From contig PLNR01000011.1 in NCBI GenBank assembly GCA_003141835.1, positions 107,804 to 171,803 on the forward strand: DNA of 64,000 nucleotides. Direction: 5' to 3'. Under the pieces are notes generated by a model. It was not told where the DNA came from and did not search any database. It saw nothing but the letters and a program-made list of their open reading frames with translations. The translations under genes were made by a program, and so were the position numbers. This DNA comes from Candidatus Omnitrophota bacterium. Its GTDB lineage: Bacteria > Omnitrophota > Gorgyraeia > Pluralincolimonadales > Pluralincolimonadaceae. Shown here in pieces: positions 30,244 to 39,250 of the stretch (the first letter of the stretch is position 1; each line of letters starts with the position of its first letter).

Positions 30244-31231
30244 CGATATAGTCCTTTATTTCCCTTGTCTTGAATACGGCGTTTGGCAGGCGGGTTAACG
30301 GGTCCCGTATACCTTCCAGCAACTTTTTTTCGTCGAAAGACCTGAACCCGAGGTATTTCGCCCAGCCCATTTTATCGAAGTACTCGCACCTGCCTATCTG
30401 GTGTTCGTGAATAGCGATGAGGACCGACGGCGTCCTTGTCGCGACAAGCTCGAAACTGGTAAGCCCGCCCGCGGAAACGGCTATATCGCAATTCATGAAC
30501 TCATCGAACATATTCGTTATATCCTGCTTTATCCTGTATTTAACGCCTGAATCCTTTAAGCTTCCGGCCAGCCCTTCCATGTGCCGGTATCCCCCGCCCA
30601 CGACCACATACAGCTCCAGACCTGTTTTTCCCCTGATAAGGGCATCTACCACTTTTTGGGTGAAATTATATTCATCGGCTCCGCCCATCGATACCAGCAA
30701 TACCTCCGGCTTGCTTTTATAAGACCTGTTACGGATCCTCGTGAAATCAAAATCAAGCGGCAGGACCGCGTACTGCGGCCCAAGAAGGAATTTGGTGCCG
30801 GGATATTTCTTTTGGTCAAACAGCTTATCCGTACCTACATCCCAGTTCACCACCAGTGACATGCCGTCAGGGATAATGCCGTCGAAATTGATGCAGGCCT
30901 TTACCGCGCGATTTGTGACCCCCTTGTATTCCGTCAAGGGCCTTTCCGTTATTTCAAAGAAGGCCGCGTCGATCCCCCGGGACTCGATGTAACCATTTAT
31001 CTCTTCCGTTTCCTTCCCGATCGAATGCGGCCCTATGATAGCTAGATAATTATTTATCTTGTTCCTCTTTACTATTTCGACGGACTCATCATAATCCCTG
31101 ATGATAAAGTGAGATTCCCAGCCGTCATTCTCGAAATAGCGCGACAGGTGGATAAGCGAAACGAGGTCGCCGGTGCCTATCGACTGCTTCGCGTCGGCCC
31201 TGAAAAGCACTTTTTTTGTCACAGTATGCAA
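30230..31231 (-). CDS. PseG/SpsG-family UDP-sugar hydrolase/glycosyltransferase
   Basis: FRADA...IGTGD, LLGPQY, SMGGAD, AVSAGGLTSFE, HQ. Confidence 0.8.
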   Translation of the reverse strand: MHTVTKKVLFRADAKQSIGTGDLVSLIHLSRYFENDGWESHFIIRDYDESVEIVKRNKINNYLAIIGPHSIGKETEEINGYIESRGIDAAFFEITERPLTEYKGVTNRAVKACINFDGIIPDGMSLVVNWDVGTDKLFDQKKYPGTKFLLGPQYAVLPLDFDFTRIRNRSYKSKPEVLLVSMGGADEYNFTQKVVDALIRGKTGLELYVVVGGGYRHMEGLAGSLKDSGVKYRIKQDITNMFDEFMNCDIAVSAGGLTSFELVATRTPSVLIAIHEHQIGRCEYFDKMGWAKYLGFRSFDEKKLLEGIRDPLTRLPNAVFKTREIKDYIDGIL

Positions 31232-32289
31232 TCCCAGGTTATCGGGTCCTCGAAAAAGATATCTTTCTTTGCGGTGACCTTATTAGCCTTGAAAAGATCC
31301 AGGTATTTAGGCTCTAACCCGCGTTTTTTCTTCCCCGGCCTTAAGATCTCTATATCGGACGGCCCTATCCTCCGGCCTGCTTTTATGTCCTTGTTGGCGA
31401 AAAGCGCCATGTAAGCGAAATCCCTGAGGTATTTTTCCTTCTCGCCGGTGGTCTTCGCGCTGCTGCCGTAGATGAGCTTATCTATCCTGCATTTTCCTGC
31501 TTTAAGGCCGGATCCGGCCTTCCGTATCGCGGCGACCATCTCTTTCAGTTCATCCGGTTCCAGCGCAAAAAAATGGTCCGGCCCTTTCATCCTTTTATCA
31601 AGGGTTATGTGCTTTTCTATCACCCTGGCACCGAGATATACCGCCTGGACCGGGGCCGCGCAGGCCTCTTTGGTATGGTCAGAGTATCCTATCTCGAGGT
31701 CCGGAAAAGCCGACCCAAGGGTCCTGATAACCCCCAAATTACATTCCCTGAGGTCGGTGGGGTAAGCTATGGAGCAATGCAGCAGGGTGAGTTTATCGTG
31801 ATAACGCTTTACGGTGCTTACCGCATCCTCTACCTCCCCGAGCGTCGCCCCGCCGGTCGAGAGGAAGATCCTGAACCGCTTTTTTGCGCAATATTCAATG
31901 AACGGTATGTTGGTAACGGCATAAGAAGGGATCTTTATCGACCTTAACCCTCCGGCGATCAGCATATCCAGGCATGATCTGTCTGAAGCCGAACACAGGA
32001 AATCGATCTTCTTTTTCTTGCAATAGGCCGTCAACTTGCCTATCCAGGCGCGCGGCATCTCAAAACGGGCCGAGGCCTCATATATATCGTAGGAATACTT
32101 CTTGTCGTTATCGGTCCAGTCGAGCCTCCCTGCGCTTTTCGGATAGAGATATTTTGCCTTGAACAACTGGAACTTTGCCGCGTCGCATCCGGCCTCAGCA
32201 GCCGAATCGATAAGCCTGAAACAATTTTCGAGCAGGCCATTATGGTTTATCCCGATCTCGGCTATTATATATACTTTATTTTTCATCAA
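31219..32289 (-). CDS. NeuB-family nonulosonic acid synthase, SpsE-like
   Basis: IIAEIGINHNG, AAKFQ, LHCSIAYP, GYSDHT, IEKHITLD...GPDH, C-terminal SAF domain RDFAY...LRPG...WDCIL. Confidence 0.93.
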   Translation of the reverse strand: MMKNKVYIIAEIGINHNGLLENCFRLIDSAAEAGCDAAKFQLFKAKYLYPKSAGRLDWTDNDKKYSYDIYEASARFEMPRAWIGKLTAYCKKKKIDFLCSASDRSCLDMLIAGGLRSIKIPSYAVTNIPFIEYCAKKRFRIFLSTGGATLGEVEDAVSTVKRYHDKLTLLHCSIAYPTDLRECNLGVIRTLGSAFPDLEIGYSDHTKEACAAPVQAVYLGARVIEKHITLDKRMKGPDHFFALEPDELKEMVAAIRKAGSGLKAGKCRIDKLIYGSSAKTTGEKEKYLRDFAYMALFANKDIKAGRRIGPSDIEILRPGKKKRGLEPKYLDLFKANKVTAKKDIFFEDPITWDCIL

Positions 32290-34171
32290 AATTTTTCCTG
32301 AACCAAAGCTCGAGGTTTATCAGCTGCCACAAGAACATCTGGTGGTCCTTGCCGCCTGCCAAATGCTCGTCGTATATCGCGTTCAATCTATCGACCTTAA
32401 AAATACCCCTGCTTTTTACGGATGGTGAATTGATCAGGTCGTATAACTCCCGCCTGTTCGTGGTCCTGAACCATTCGTTGGCGGGTGCTATGAAACCCGC
32501 CTTATCCTTCCTTGTCCTTACTTTCTCCGGTAATACGCCCTTCATGGACTCGCGCAACAGCCATTTCCCCAGGCCGCGGCGTATCTTGAACTTGTTGGGC
32601 AGCGAAAAACAGAACTCCGCAAGCCGGTAATCCAAAAACGGGGACCTCGACTCTATGGACTGGGACATCGTGTTCCTGTCCTCAGGCCTCAATGAGGCGG
32701 GTATCGTCTCGAACATCATCTCCGAATACAGCCGTTTTGATAAAAGGCTGCTGTAAGGGTTAGGCCAATGTATATCCCTCTTATGCCTGGATACTATATC
32801 CGCGTTAAAACATTCCGAGTAATCCGGGAACCTGCTCATTTCGCTGGTCTTGTTATCCACCAGCCGGCCGATATATTCTTTATACTTGTCTATCTCTGAA
32901 ATATCCCTGCCGTGGTTCTCCTTCCAAGTTTTCAACTCTTCCTGCAAAGATACGGCCTCGCCCTTCTGTTCCAGGTCATAAAAATTATAATGATAATGGT
33001 CCCAGTAGCCGGCAAGGAGCTCATCGCCGCCGTGGCCGTTTAACACGACCGGCGTCCTTTCGAGCTTCACTTTCTTGGCGATCAGGTAAAGGCTGTACCA
33101 GGTGACCGTGCATACCGGTTCGTCATGGTAACCCAACATCTCGTTTATGGTGCCAAAGAGATCCGCCGGGTCAGGCCTGATATAATGAAAATCGGCGTTC
33201 GTTTCTTTTATGACCGAATCGATGTACTCGCTCTCATCGTAAACGCCTTTTTTCTCGCCTGTGATCCCGGAGAACGCCACGATCGGTTTTTTCAGGATCT
33301 TGTAAGCGATACTGGTGATGGAAGTCGAATCCAACCCTCCGCTGAGCATGCATCCGACAGGGACATCGCTTCTCAGCCTTAACTTGACTGAATCGACCAG
33401 CAGGGCCTTAAACCTGTCTATCGCTTCGCCGTCGGATATCCCGCTCCTGTCCTCGGACGGGCGCAGCTGCCAATAATGATCCGTCCTGCATCCGAGGTTT
33501 TCATCGATCTCCATAAATGAGCTTTTGGGCACTTGGGAGATGCCGCTGAAATACGAATCCGCATCAACGTCTACATATCTGTAATTTGCCGCGATATACC
33601 TGTATATCTTGTCGTAATTCGGCTCTTTGACGGCCTTCGGGTGCTTCAAGATCCCTTTTATCTCAGAAGCGAATATAAGTTCGTTCCCGTTCTTTTGGTA
33701 ATAAAGCGGTTTTTTACCGAACCTGTCCCTCGACAATATTACTTTTTTACGTTTCTTGTCAAAGATCGCCAAAGCCCACATCCCGTTAAACCGCTCAAAA
33801 CACTCGGTCCCCCACTTCCCGTAGGCCTTAAGCACGACTTCCGTATCGCTCGTAGAGACGAACCGGCATCCGGCGCGGCCCAGTTCTTCCTTAAGCTCAA
33901 GATAATTATAGACCTCGCCGTTAAAGGTGATCGCTGCCCCGGTCTCGGGATCGACCATCGGCTGGCGGCCGGTTTCGGTAAGGTCGATGATCTTAAGCCT
34001 CCTGTGGCCGAATGCGACAAAACCGCCGTTCTTGCCGCTAAAGTCCGAAAAGATACCGCACCCGCTGCCGTCAGGGCCGCGGTGCGACTGCGCATCGGTC
34101 ATATTCTTGATCGTTGATGCCAGGTCGTAATCCGGCTTACGTATGCCGATAACGCCAGCTATGCCGCACAT
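32276..34171 (-). CDS. asnB: Asparagine synthase-family amidotransferase
   Basis: MCGI, HRGPD, HRRLKIID, LSGGLDS, ESRSPFLD. Confidence 0.95.
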   Translation of the reverse strand: MCGIAGVIGIRKPDYDLASTIKNMTDAQSHRGPDGSGCGIFSDFSGKNGGFVAFGHRRLKIIDLTETGRQPMVDPETGAAITFNGEVYNYLELKEELGRAGCRFVSTSDTEVVLKAYGKWGTECFERFNGMWALAIFDKKRKKVILSRDRFGKKPLYYQKNGNELIFASEIKGILKHPKAVKEPNYDKIYRYIAANYRYVDVDADSYFSGISQVPKSSFMEIDENLGCRTDHYWQLRPSEDRSGISDGEAIDRFKALLVDSVKLRLRSDVPVGCMLSGGLDSTSITSIAYKILKKPIVAFSGITGEKKGVYDESEYIDSVIKETNADFHYIRPDPADLFGTINEMLGYHDEPVCTVTWYSLYLIAKKVKLERTPVVLNGHGGDELLAGYWDHYHYNFYDLEQKGEAVSLQEELKTWKENHGRDISEIDKYKEYIGRLVDNKTSEMSRFPDYSECFNADIVSRHKRDIHWPNPYSSLLSKRLYSEMMFETIPASLRPEDRNTMSQSIESRSPFLDYRLAEFCFSLPNKFKIRRGLGKWLLRESMKGVLPEKVRTRKDKAGFIAPANEWFRTTNRRELYDLINSPSVKSRGIFKVDRLNAIYDEHLAGGKDHQMFLWQLINLELWFRKNFDEK

Positions 34172-34516
34172 CTATCGTTCTTTCCACTCGTCAAGCCAGC
34201 AGATTATCCTGTTATCCTGTCCCGTCTTCAGGTATTTTCTGAACTCCTTCATCTTTTCCTTTTCGACGGCATGGACATATAACTGGTGCCTCTCATTGAC
34301 GACGAGGGCAACCTTGAAACCCTCCTTTTTGAGCCTGCTGTTCAGGGAAGGGCCCAGGTAGAAACCCCAATCTTTGGCGGCAAAATCGCATTCCTTCCCG
34401 CTTTTCGTGACGAAGGATACCATCTCGCCGTCGTTGAGATATATCTTCCCGAGATCCTTTACTTTATGGCCCTTCACCTCAAAGACCCTCGGCGTTCTCT
34501 TGAATTTGGTTTTCAT
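34172..34516 (-). CDS. Small hypothetical protein (~114 aa)
   Basis: ATG 34516 overlaps the stop of the upstream WbuX gene; stop abuts the asnB start; KDWGFYLGPSLNSRL segment. Confidence 0.75.
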   Translation of the reverse strand: MKTKFKRTPRVFEVKGHKVKDLGKIYLNDGEMVSFVTKSGKECDFAAKDWGFYLGPSLNSRLKKEGFKVALVVNERHQLYVHAVEKEKMKEFRKYLKTGQDNRIICWLDEWKER

Positions 34517-35631
34517 TTCCAATCCCGTCCTTTTACCAGAAAATCCTTTATCATCCACCTGCCGTTATCTTTCGACCATATCCTGCGGTTACGGAAATGT
34601 TCTTCGATCTCATGGAAACGGGCCAGGGAGATCCCCAAGAACGCGCACAGCCTGCGGATATCCCCATGCGGGACCTGGGGCCCTGTTTTCGCGATAACGC
34701 CGATTGCCCTTTCCCTCGTCATCCTGCCGTTGCGTATCTCGACCGAGAGGTTATCGAACAGCCTCGTAAAGCCGAACTTAAGCCATTTAAAATAATGGTG
34801 GACCGAGATGAAGTCGCAATCGATATCCGCATAGTCGTAATACCCTAATTTCGGTGCGCCGGGCCTGTTCTTGAACCCGTTCTCACGCGCTACCCTGTAA
34901 GTCTCCTGCGGGTCCCAGGGGATATAAAACCCTAAAAATATTGACTCGATCTTCTTTTCGCTGAATTCTTTGCCGCTTGGCAAAAAATACGGCTCAAGGC
35001 CTTTTCTTGTAAGGTCCCTGCCGACCCAATCCGCCGCCGAAGTCCCCTGCAATATCCCGTGGCGGTTGAACCAGCCCATGTCCAGCCTGTCGCGGTCCCT
35101 GTCCTTCTCAGGCCCGCCGTACTCCATGTGCGGGCTTTCGCCCCACACGACCAGCGGAATATTTAAACGGACCGCTATTTTTAAAGGGATGCTGAATAGC
35201 GCCATATGCATCGGGACTGCGGTGCTTCCCGTCTTTACAAGCGCCTTGTACATAAAGCGCCTTTCTATTTCCGGGTCGATGGAATAATCTATATGGTCGA
35301 CTCCCAGCCGGATGATGTTATCAAGGTTCTCCTGCCCCAATTCCGTCCTCGCCGGGGTCCTCCAGGTTACGGCCAGGATACGCAGCCCGTATTCCAGGCA
35401 TTTAACCACCTGCCAGGTGCTGTCCTTGCCTCCGCTTACCGGGACTATGCAATCATAACCGCCGGCCCTCGATCTCGCCTTACGGATGATCGCGGACAAT
35501 TCTTTCTTTCTTTTTGCCCAATCGATCGTCGCCTTATATTCATGCCCACGGCATGCCGAACAAACGCCATCCGGGCCGATCGTCAAACCCGGCCTTGTAT
35601 CCGGCAAGACACACTTAGCGCAATATCTCAT
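34513..35631 (-). CDS. N-acetyl sugar amidotransferase (WbuX/PseA/WbpG family)
   Basis: CAKC...CSAC zinc site, YDCIVPVSGGKDS PP-loop, WGES, KFGF...EIRNG-MTRE. Confidence 0.92.
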   Translation of the reverse strand: MRYCAKCVLPDTRPGLTIGPDGVCSACRGHEYKATIDWAKRKKELSAIIRKARSRAGGYDCIVPVSGGKDSTWQVVKCLEYGLRILAVTWRTPARTELGQENLDNIIRLGVDHIDYSIDPEIERRFMYKALVKTGSTAVPMHMALFSIPLKIAVRLNIPLVVWGESPHMEYGGPEKDRDRDRLDMGWFNRHGILQGTSAADWVGRDLTRKGLEPYFLPSGKEFSEKKIESIFLGFYIPWDPQETYRVARENGFKNRPGAPKLGYYDYADIDCDFISVHHYFKWLKFGFTRLFDNLSVEIRNGRMTRERAIGVIAKTGPQVPHGDIRRLCAFLGISLARFHEIEEHFRNRRIWSKDNGRWMIKDFLVKGRDWK

Positions 35632-36261
35632 CTAAGTTCTTTCCTTGATCTTGACGGCCGGCACTCCCGCCAAAACTGAATTTTTTCCATACCTGCCCTC
35701 CCTTACAAGCGCCTTTGCGCCGACAACGCACCCATCCTCAAGGACCGCACCTTTCATGATCGCCGCGTTAGCCGCTATCCAGACATCGTTGCCGATGGAT
35801 ATCTTACCGTAAGTGTGTTTCTGGTCCTTTATCAGGGCGCCTTTACCGAAACCGTGCTGCGACGACTGTATGAAGATCATCCCTGAAATAAGGCAATCCT
35901 CTCCGATCGTGACATCCGTGCCGCAGTTAAAAAGGCAATATGGGCCGATCGAGGTGCGCTTGCCTATTTTTAAAATGGCGTCATTAGCCGAAACGAACCT
36001 GCAATCGTTATCTATCGCGACCCCGTCTTCGATGACTATCCTGCCGTTCTCCCTGTTCCTTATGTCTATGTCCCCGAAGATAGAGACGTTATCGCCTATC
36101 GAGATGTTGCGCGGATCACCTCTTAATTTCAATTTAGGGATGCCCTCTATGTAAAAATTCTTACCGACACGGATGCCATAGATCTTCAGTATGCTCTTGA
36201 TCACCCAGCTGTGGAAATAGCAGTATTTCTTGTTAGTTACCAGCGCGAGAAAATCAGGCAT
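35632..36261 (-). CDS. Hexapeptide-repeat acyltransferase
   Basis: Left-handed beta-helix repeats, IGNDVWIAAN, VVGA, AGVPA. Confidence 0.88.
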   Translation of the reverse strand: MPDFLALVTNKKYCYFHSWVIKSILKIYGIRVGKNFYIEGIPKLKLRGDPRNISIGDNVSIFGDIDIRNRENGRIVIEDGVAIDNDCRFVSANDAILKIGKRTSIGPYCLFNCGTDVTIGEDCLISGMIFIQSSQHGFGKGALIKDQKHTYGKISIGNDVWIAANAAIMKGAVLEDGCVVGAKALVREGRYGKNSVLAGVPAVKIKERT

Positions 36262-37930
36262 GTTTGACCCCGTTCACTTTGAAGACTTTTTTCCAGTCCT
36301 CGAATACCATTGTTTTATAAGCGACCCTGTCATATTTACCCTGCCTTCCCCACTCGAACCACCTGTTCACCGGCGCGGAAAAACCCCTCTTATCCGTCCG
36401 CTCGACTATCTCTTTCGGTATGAATTTCCTGGCGACCTCTTTCAAGGCCCATTTGGTGATCCCGTTCTTTATCTTGTATTTTGACGGCATGGAAAAACCG
36501 AACTGGACGAGCCGGTAATCCAGGTACGGCGACCGGTTCTCTATGCTAAAAGCCATGCAAAGCCTGTCCGACATCTGCAGGAGGACCTGCATCGTGGAAT
36601 AGAAATCGTTAAGCCCCATGGCGTGGACTATGTCGTTGCTCATCTTGTCGAAGTAAAACCCGACCGATTCGCGGAGATACCTGTTTACGGATTCGTCATA
36701 CTGGTTCTCGCACCTGTTTATCAGCTTCGAGTATCTCTCTATGGGGCTTCCGTAATATTTGTCGACCAGGTATGAGTACTGTTTCATCGCCTCCAGGTGG
36801 TGTATCTGTTCGTCATGGTGGAGCAGGTGGTACCTGTGGTATCCCGCGAACGTCTCGTCCGCCCCTTCGCCGGAAAGGATCACCTTGAGGTCCTTCCTGG
36901 CCCTTTCCAGCAGCATCCATAACGAGAAGCTCGTCCAGGTGCACGGCGTATCGAGGTGATAGGCTATCTTTTCCCTGGTACGCAGAAAATCATCCCTTGT
37001 AGGCCTTATCACTATCAGTTTTTTCTTGATCTTTTTCGCGACGAGCTGCGCGTAGTCGAGTTCGTTGAAATCCTCATAGTCGTAATGGGCATGATAGATG
37101 AAATCCGGTTTCGCGATGCAGGCGATCAAAGCGCTGTCTACGCCGCCGCTGATAAAACACCCGTAGCTGTGGACGCAATTCTTGGTCCTCAGCATGATCG
37201 CGTCCTCTACCAATTCACCCAGCGTATTCAATACTTTCTTCTCGTTGTCTTTTACCTCGATGAGGTTATCCCATATCTTCCAGTATCCGTGTTTCGTAAA
37301 ATTATTTCCCTTCACCTTAAGGTATTCGCCGGGCTCGAGAGAATAAATGTCCTTAAACAGCGTCTCCGAAGAGACCGTGAATTCGTAAGCCTTATAGGAC
37401 AGGGCCGCGTCGTTAAACCTGGGTTTGACCACCCGGAGAAGGCATTTCATTTCGCTTGCAAACGCGAAGAAATCGCTACCATAAGCGTAATAAACCGGCT
37501 TTTCCCCGGTCTTGTCCCTTACTATATATGTGGTCTTCTTTCTCGCGTCAAAAAGCGCGAAAGCGTACATGCCGTTGTAATCGTTAAACGACTTTTCCCC
37601 GGTCTCGATGTAGTTACAAAGGATCGTCTCGGCCTCGGATGAGGTCTTGAACTCGTACTTGCCGGCCAGCCCCTTTCTTATTGAATCGTGGTTATAGACT
37701 TCACCGTTGTAGACTATCGCGTGGCTTGATGCCGCGTCTTCATACGGTATCCGGTGCCTGGAAGTGTCTATGATGCTCAATCTCGTCATGCCGATGGTGA
37801 CGTCGCCGTACGTCTCCACCCCGCGCTGGTCCGGGCCCCTGTAGCACATGTCATCGAGCATCTTCGACACGACCGACGAGGAGTTATATTTCTTTTTGTT
37901 GGAAGTTGTAAAACCCGCTATGCCGCACAT
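36254..37930 (-). CDS. asnB: Asparagine synthase-family amidotransferase
   Basis: MCGI, RGPD, RLSIID, YNGEVYN, ISGGVDS, SGEGADE, ENRSPYLD. Confidence 0.93.
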   Translation of the reverse strand: MCGIAGFTTSNKKKYNSSSVVSKMLDDMCYRGPDQRGVETYGDVTIGMTRLSIIDTSRHRIPYEDAASSHAIVYNGEVYNHDSIRKGLAGKYEFKTSSEAETILCNYIETGEKSFNDYNGMYAFALFDARKKTTYIVRDKTGEKPVYYAYGSDFFAFASEMKCLLRVVKPRFNDAALSYKAYEFTVSSETLFKDIYSLEPGEYLKVKGNNFTKHGYWKIWDNLIEVKDNEKKVLNTLGELVEDAIMLRTKNCVHSYGCFISGGVDSALIACIAKPDFIYHAHYDYEDFNELDYAQLVAKKIKKKLIVIRPTRDDFLRTREKIAYHLDTPCTWTSFSLWMLLERARKDLKVILSGEGADETFAGYHRYHLLHHDEQIHHLEAMKQYSYLVDKYYGSPIERYSKLINRCENQYDESVNRYLRESVGFYFDKMSNDIVHAMGLNDFYSTMQVLLQMSDRLCMAFSIENRSPYLDYRLVQFGFSMPSKYKIKNGITKWALKEVARKFIPKEIVERTDKRGFSAPVNRWFEWGRQGKYDRVAYKTMVFEDWKKVFKVNGVKHA

Positions 37931-39250
37931 CTATTTTATATTTCCCATCTTTCCGTCGCCAACCAGGTGATATACCGTCTTGGGGGAGAATTTAAAATCC
38001 TTGAACAAGGCGACGTTATCGATCACAAGCGAGGCGTCGCGTATCCCGAGCGAATCAATATCCTTTTGGGTGAAATATTTATACCTGTTATGATCGGTCA
38101 TCAGGAGCACGGCCTGGCTCTTCAGCCCCTGCTTAAGCAGGTCGACATGGCGCGAGAACGGCAGGAGCTTCCGGATCGTCTTTTCATCGTAAAGCGGGTC
38201 GTCTATATAGACCTCGATCCCGAGTTTGTTCAGGTATTCCGCGATGGCAACGGACGGCGAAAGGTCTATGCTCTTCTGGTTGCCGCGCACCGTAAGCCCC
38301 ATGATCGTCACGGACTTGCAGCCTGCTTTCTTTATTACCTCTGCGTAATTGAAGATCAGGCTCATGTTGGATTCCTGGGATTCCTTGATCAGCGACAGGA
38401 ACTGGGGCTTTTTGCTTCCTTCGGAAATGTTCTCTACGGAGATCGGGATCTTGCTGCCTCCTGCCCCGATACACAGGTGCGACTCGTTAAGCTCGACGTC
38501 ATTGAGGAGATACTTGACCATGCCCCTGACATTCGTATCAGGATAAGCGAAGGAAAGCTGGTTGATGAAGACTGTCGTCATATATTGGAATGTATTCTTG
38601 GCGTTTTCGTAAAGTTCGGCCTCTTTTATCGTCCCGAGGGCCTTGAATTTGATGCCCAGCAGATTATAAAAGAACTGCGCCTCCGCCAATGATTTTTCGC
38701 TATCCGCCGCTAATATGCGTTTTTCGTTGCGGGCGAAATAATCCTCGATAGTCCAATCGCTGCGGAAAGCCGACGCGAAACCGCAGCCGCAGCCGTTCTG
38801 TTTTAACGGCGCGGTAAAATACCTGTCTATCACTCCGGGCCTGCCGGCGGATTGGAATATCACGAGGGCCCCTTTCAGGCGGCGCTTGTTCTTTATGAAT
38901 ATGCCGGCGAGTTCCTTAAGCGCGTTGTTGCCTTCCCTGTCGATCGCGGGGAACGCTATTACATGCACGCGGGAATCGAACATGCGGGCAGGGTCTTTTA
39001 TCATATTTATCCTGGAAATATCCAGGACCGGGATATCGCCGTTCACAGACCAGCTATATACCTGTTCCCTGTCCAGGTATTCGCCTTTCTTCAGTTTCTT
39101 TTCGAAATTCGTGCCGGTATAATCGAAGACGTCGGCCTTAAAACCCCTCGACTGCAGCTTTATGAGTTTCGTATAGCCGAGATACCCGGCTCCCCAAACG
39201 GAAACCAGTTTTGTCTTAAGCAATTCCTCTTTGAAGTTCTTCATGGTCAC
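37931..39250 (-). CDS. Divergent UDP-glucose/GDP-mannose dehydrogenase-fold protein lacking catalytic residues
   Basis: GAGYLG Rossmann motif, NTF...FINQL helix, GAGGSKIPIS in place of GxGGHCxPxD, C-terminal MGLT...SPS...DP...TDH UDP-binding domain. Confidence 0.8.
   Translation of the reverse strand: MTMKNFKEELLKTKLVSVWGAGYLGYTKLIKLQSRGFKADVFDYTGTNFEKKLKKGEYLDREQVYSWSVNGDIPVLDISRINMIKDPARMFDSRVHVIAFPAIDREGNNALKELAGIFIKNKRRLKGALVIFQSAGRPGVIDRYFTAPLKQNGCGCGFASAFRSDWTIEDYFARNEKRILAADSEKSLAEAQFFYNLLGIKFKALGTIKEAELYENAKNTFQYMTTVFINQLSFAYPDTNVRGMVKYLLNDVELNESHLCIGAGGSKIPISVENISEGSKKPQFLSLIKESQESNMSLIFNYAEVIKKAGCKSVTIMGLTVRGNQKSIDLSPSVAIAEYLNKLGIEVYIDDPLYDEKTIRKLLPFSRHVDLLKQGLKSQAVLLMTDHNRYKYFTQKDIDSLGIRDASLVIDNVALFKDFKFSPKTVYHLVGDGKMGNIK

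Noticed and set aside
37754-38692. Long + strand ORFs (312 aa here; also 28239-28991, 40485-41294, 57346-58113 and others)
   Set aside because: Antisense shadows of well-supported minus-strand genes, with no recognisable motifs or RBS
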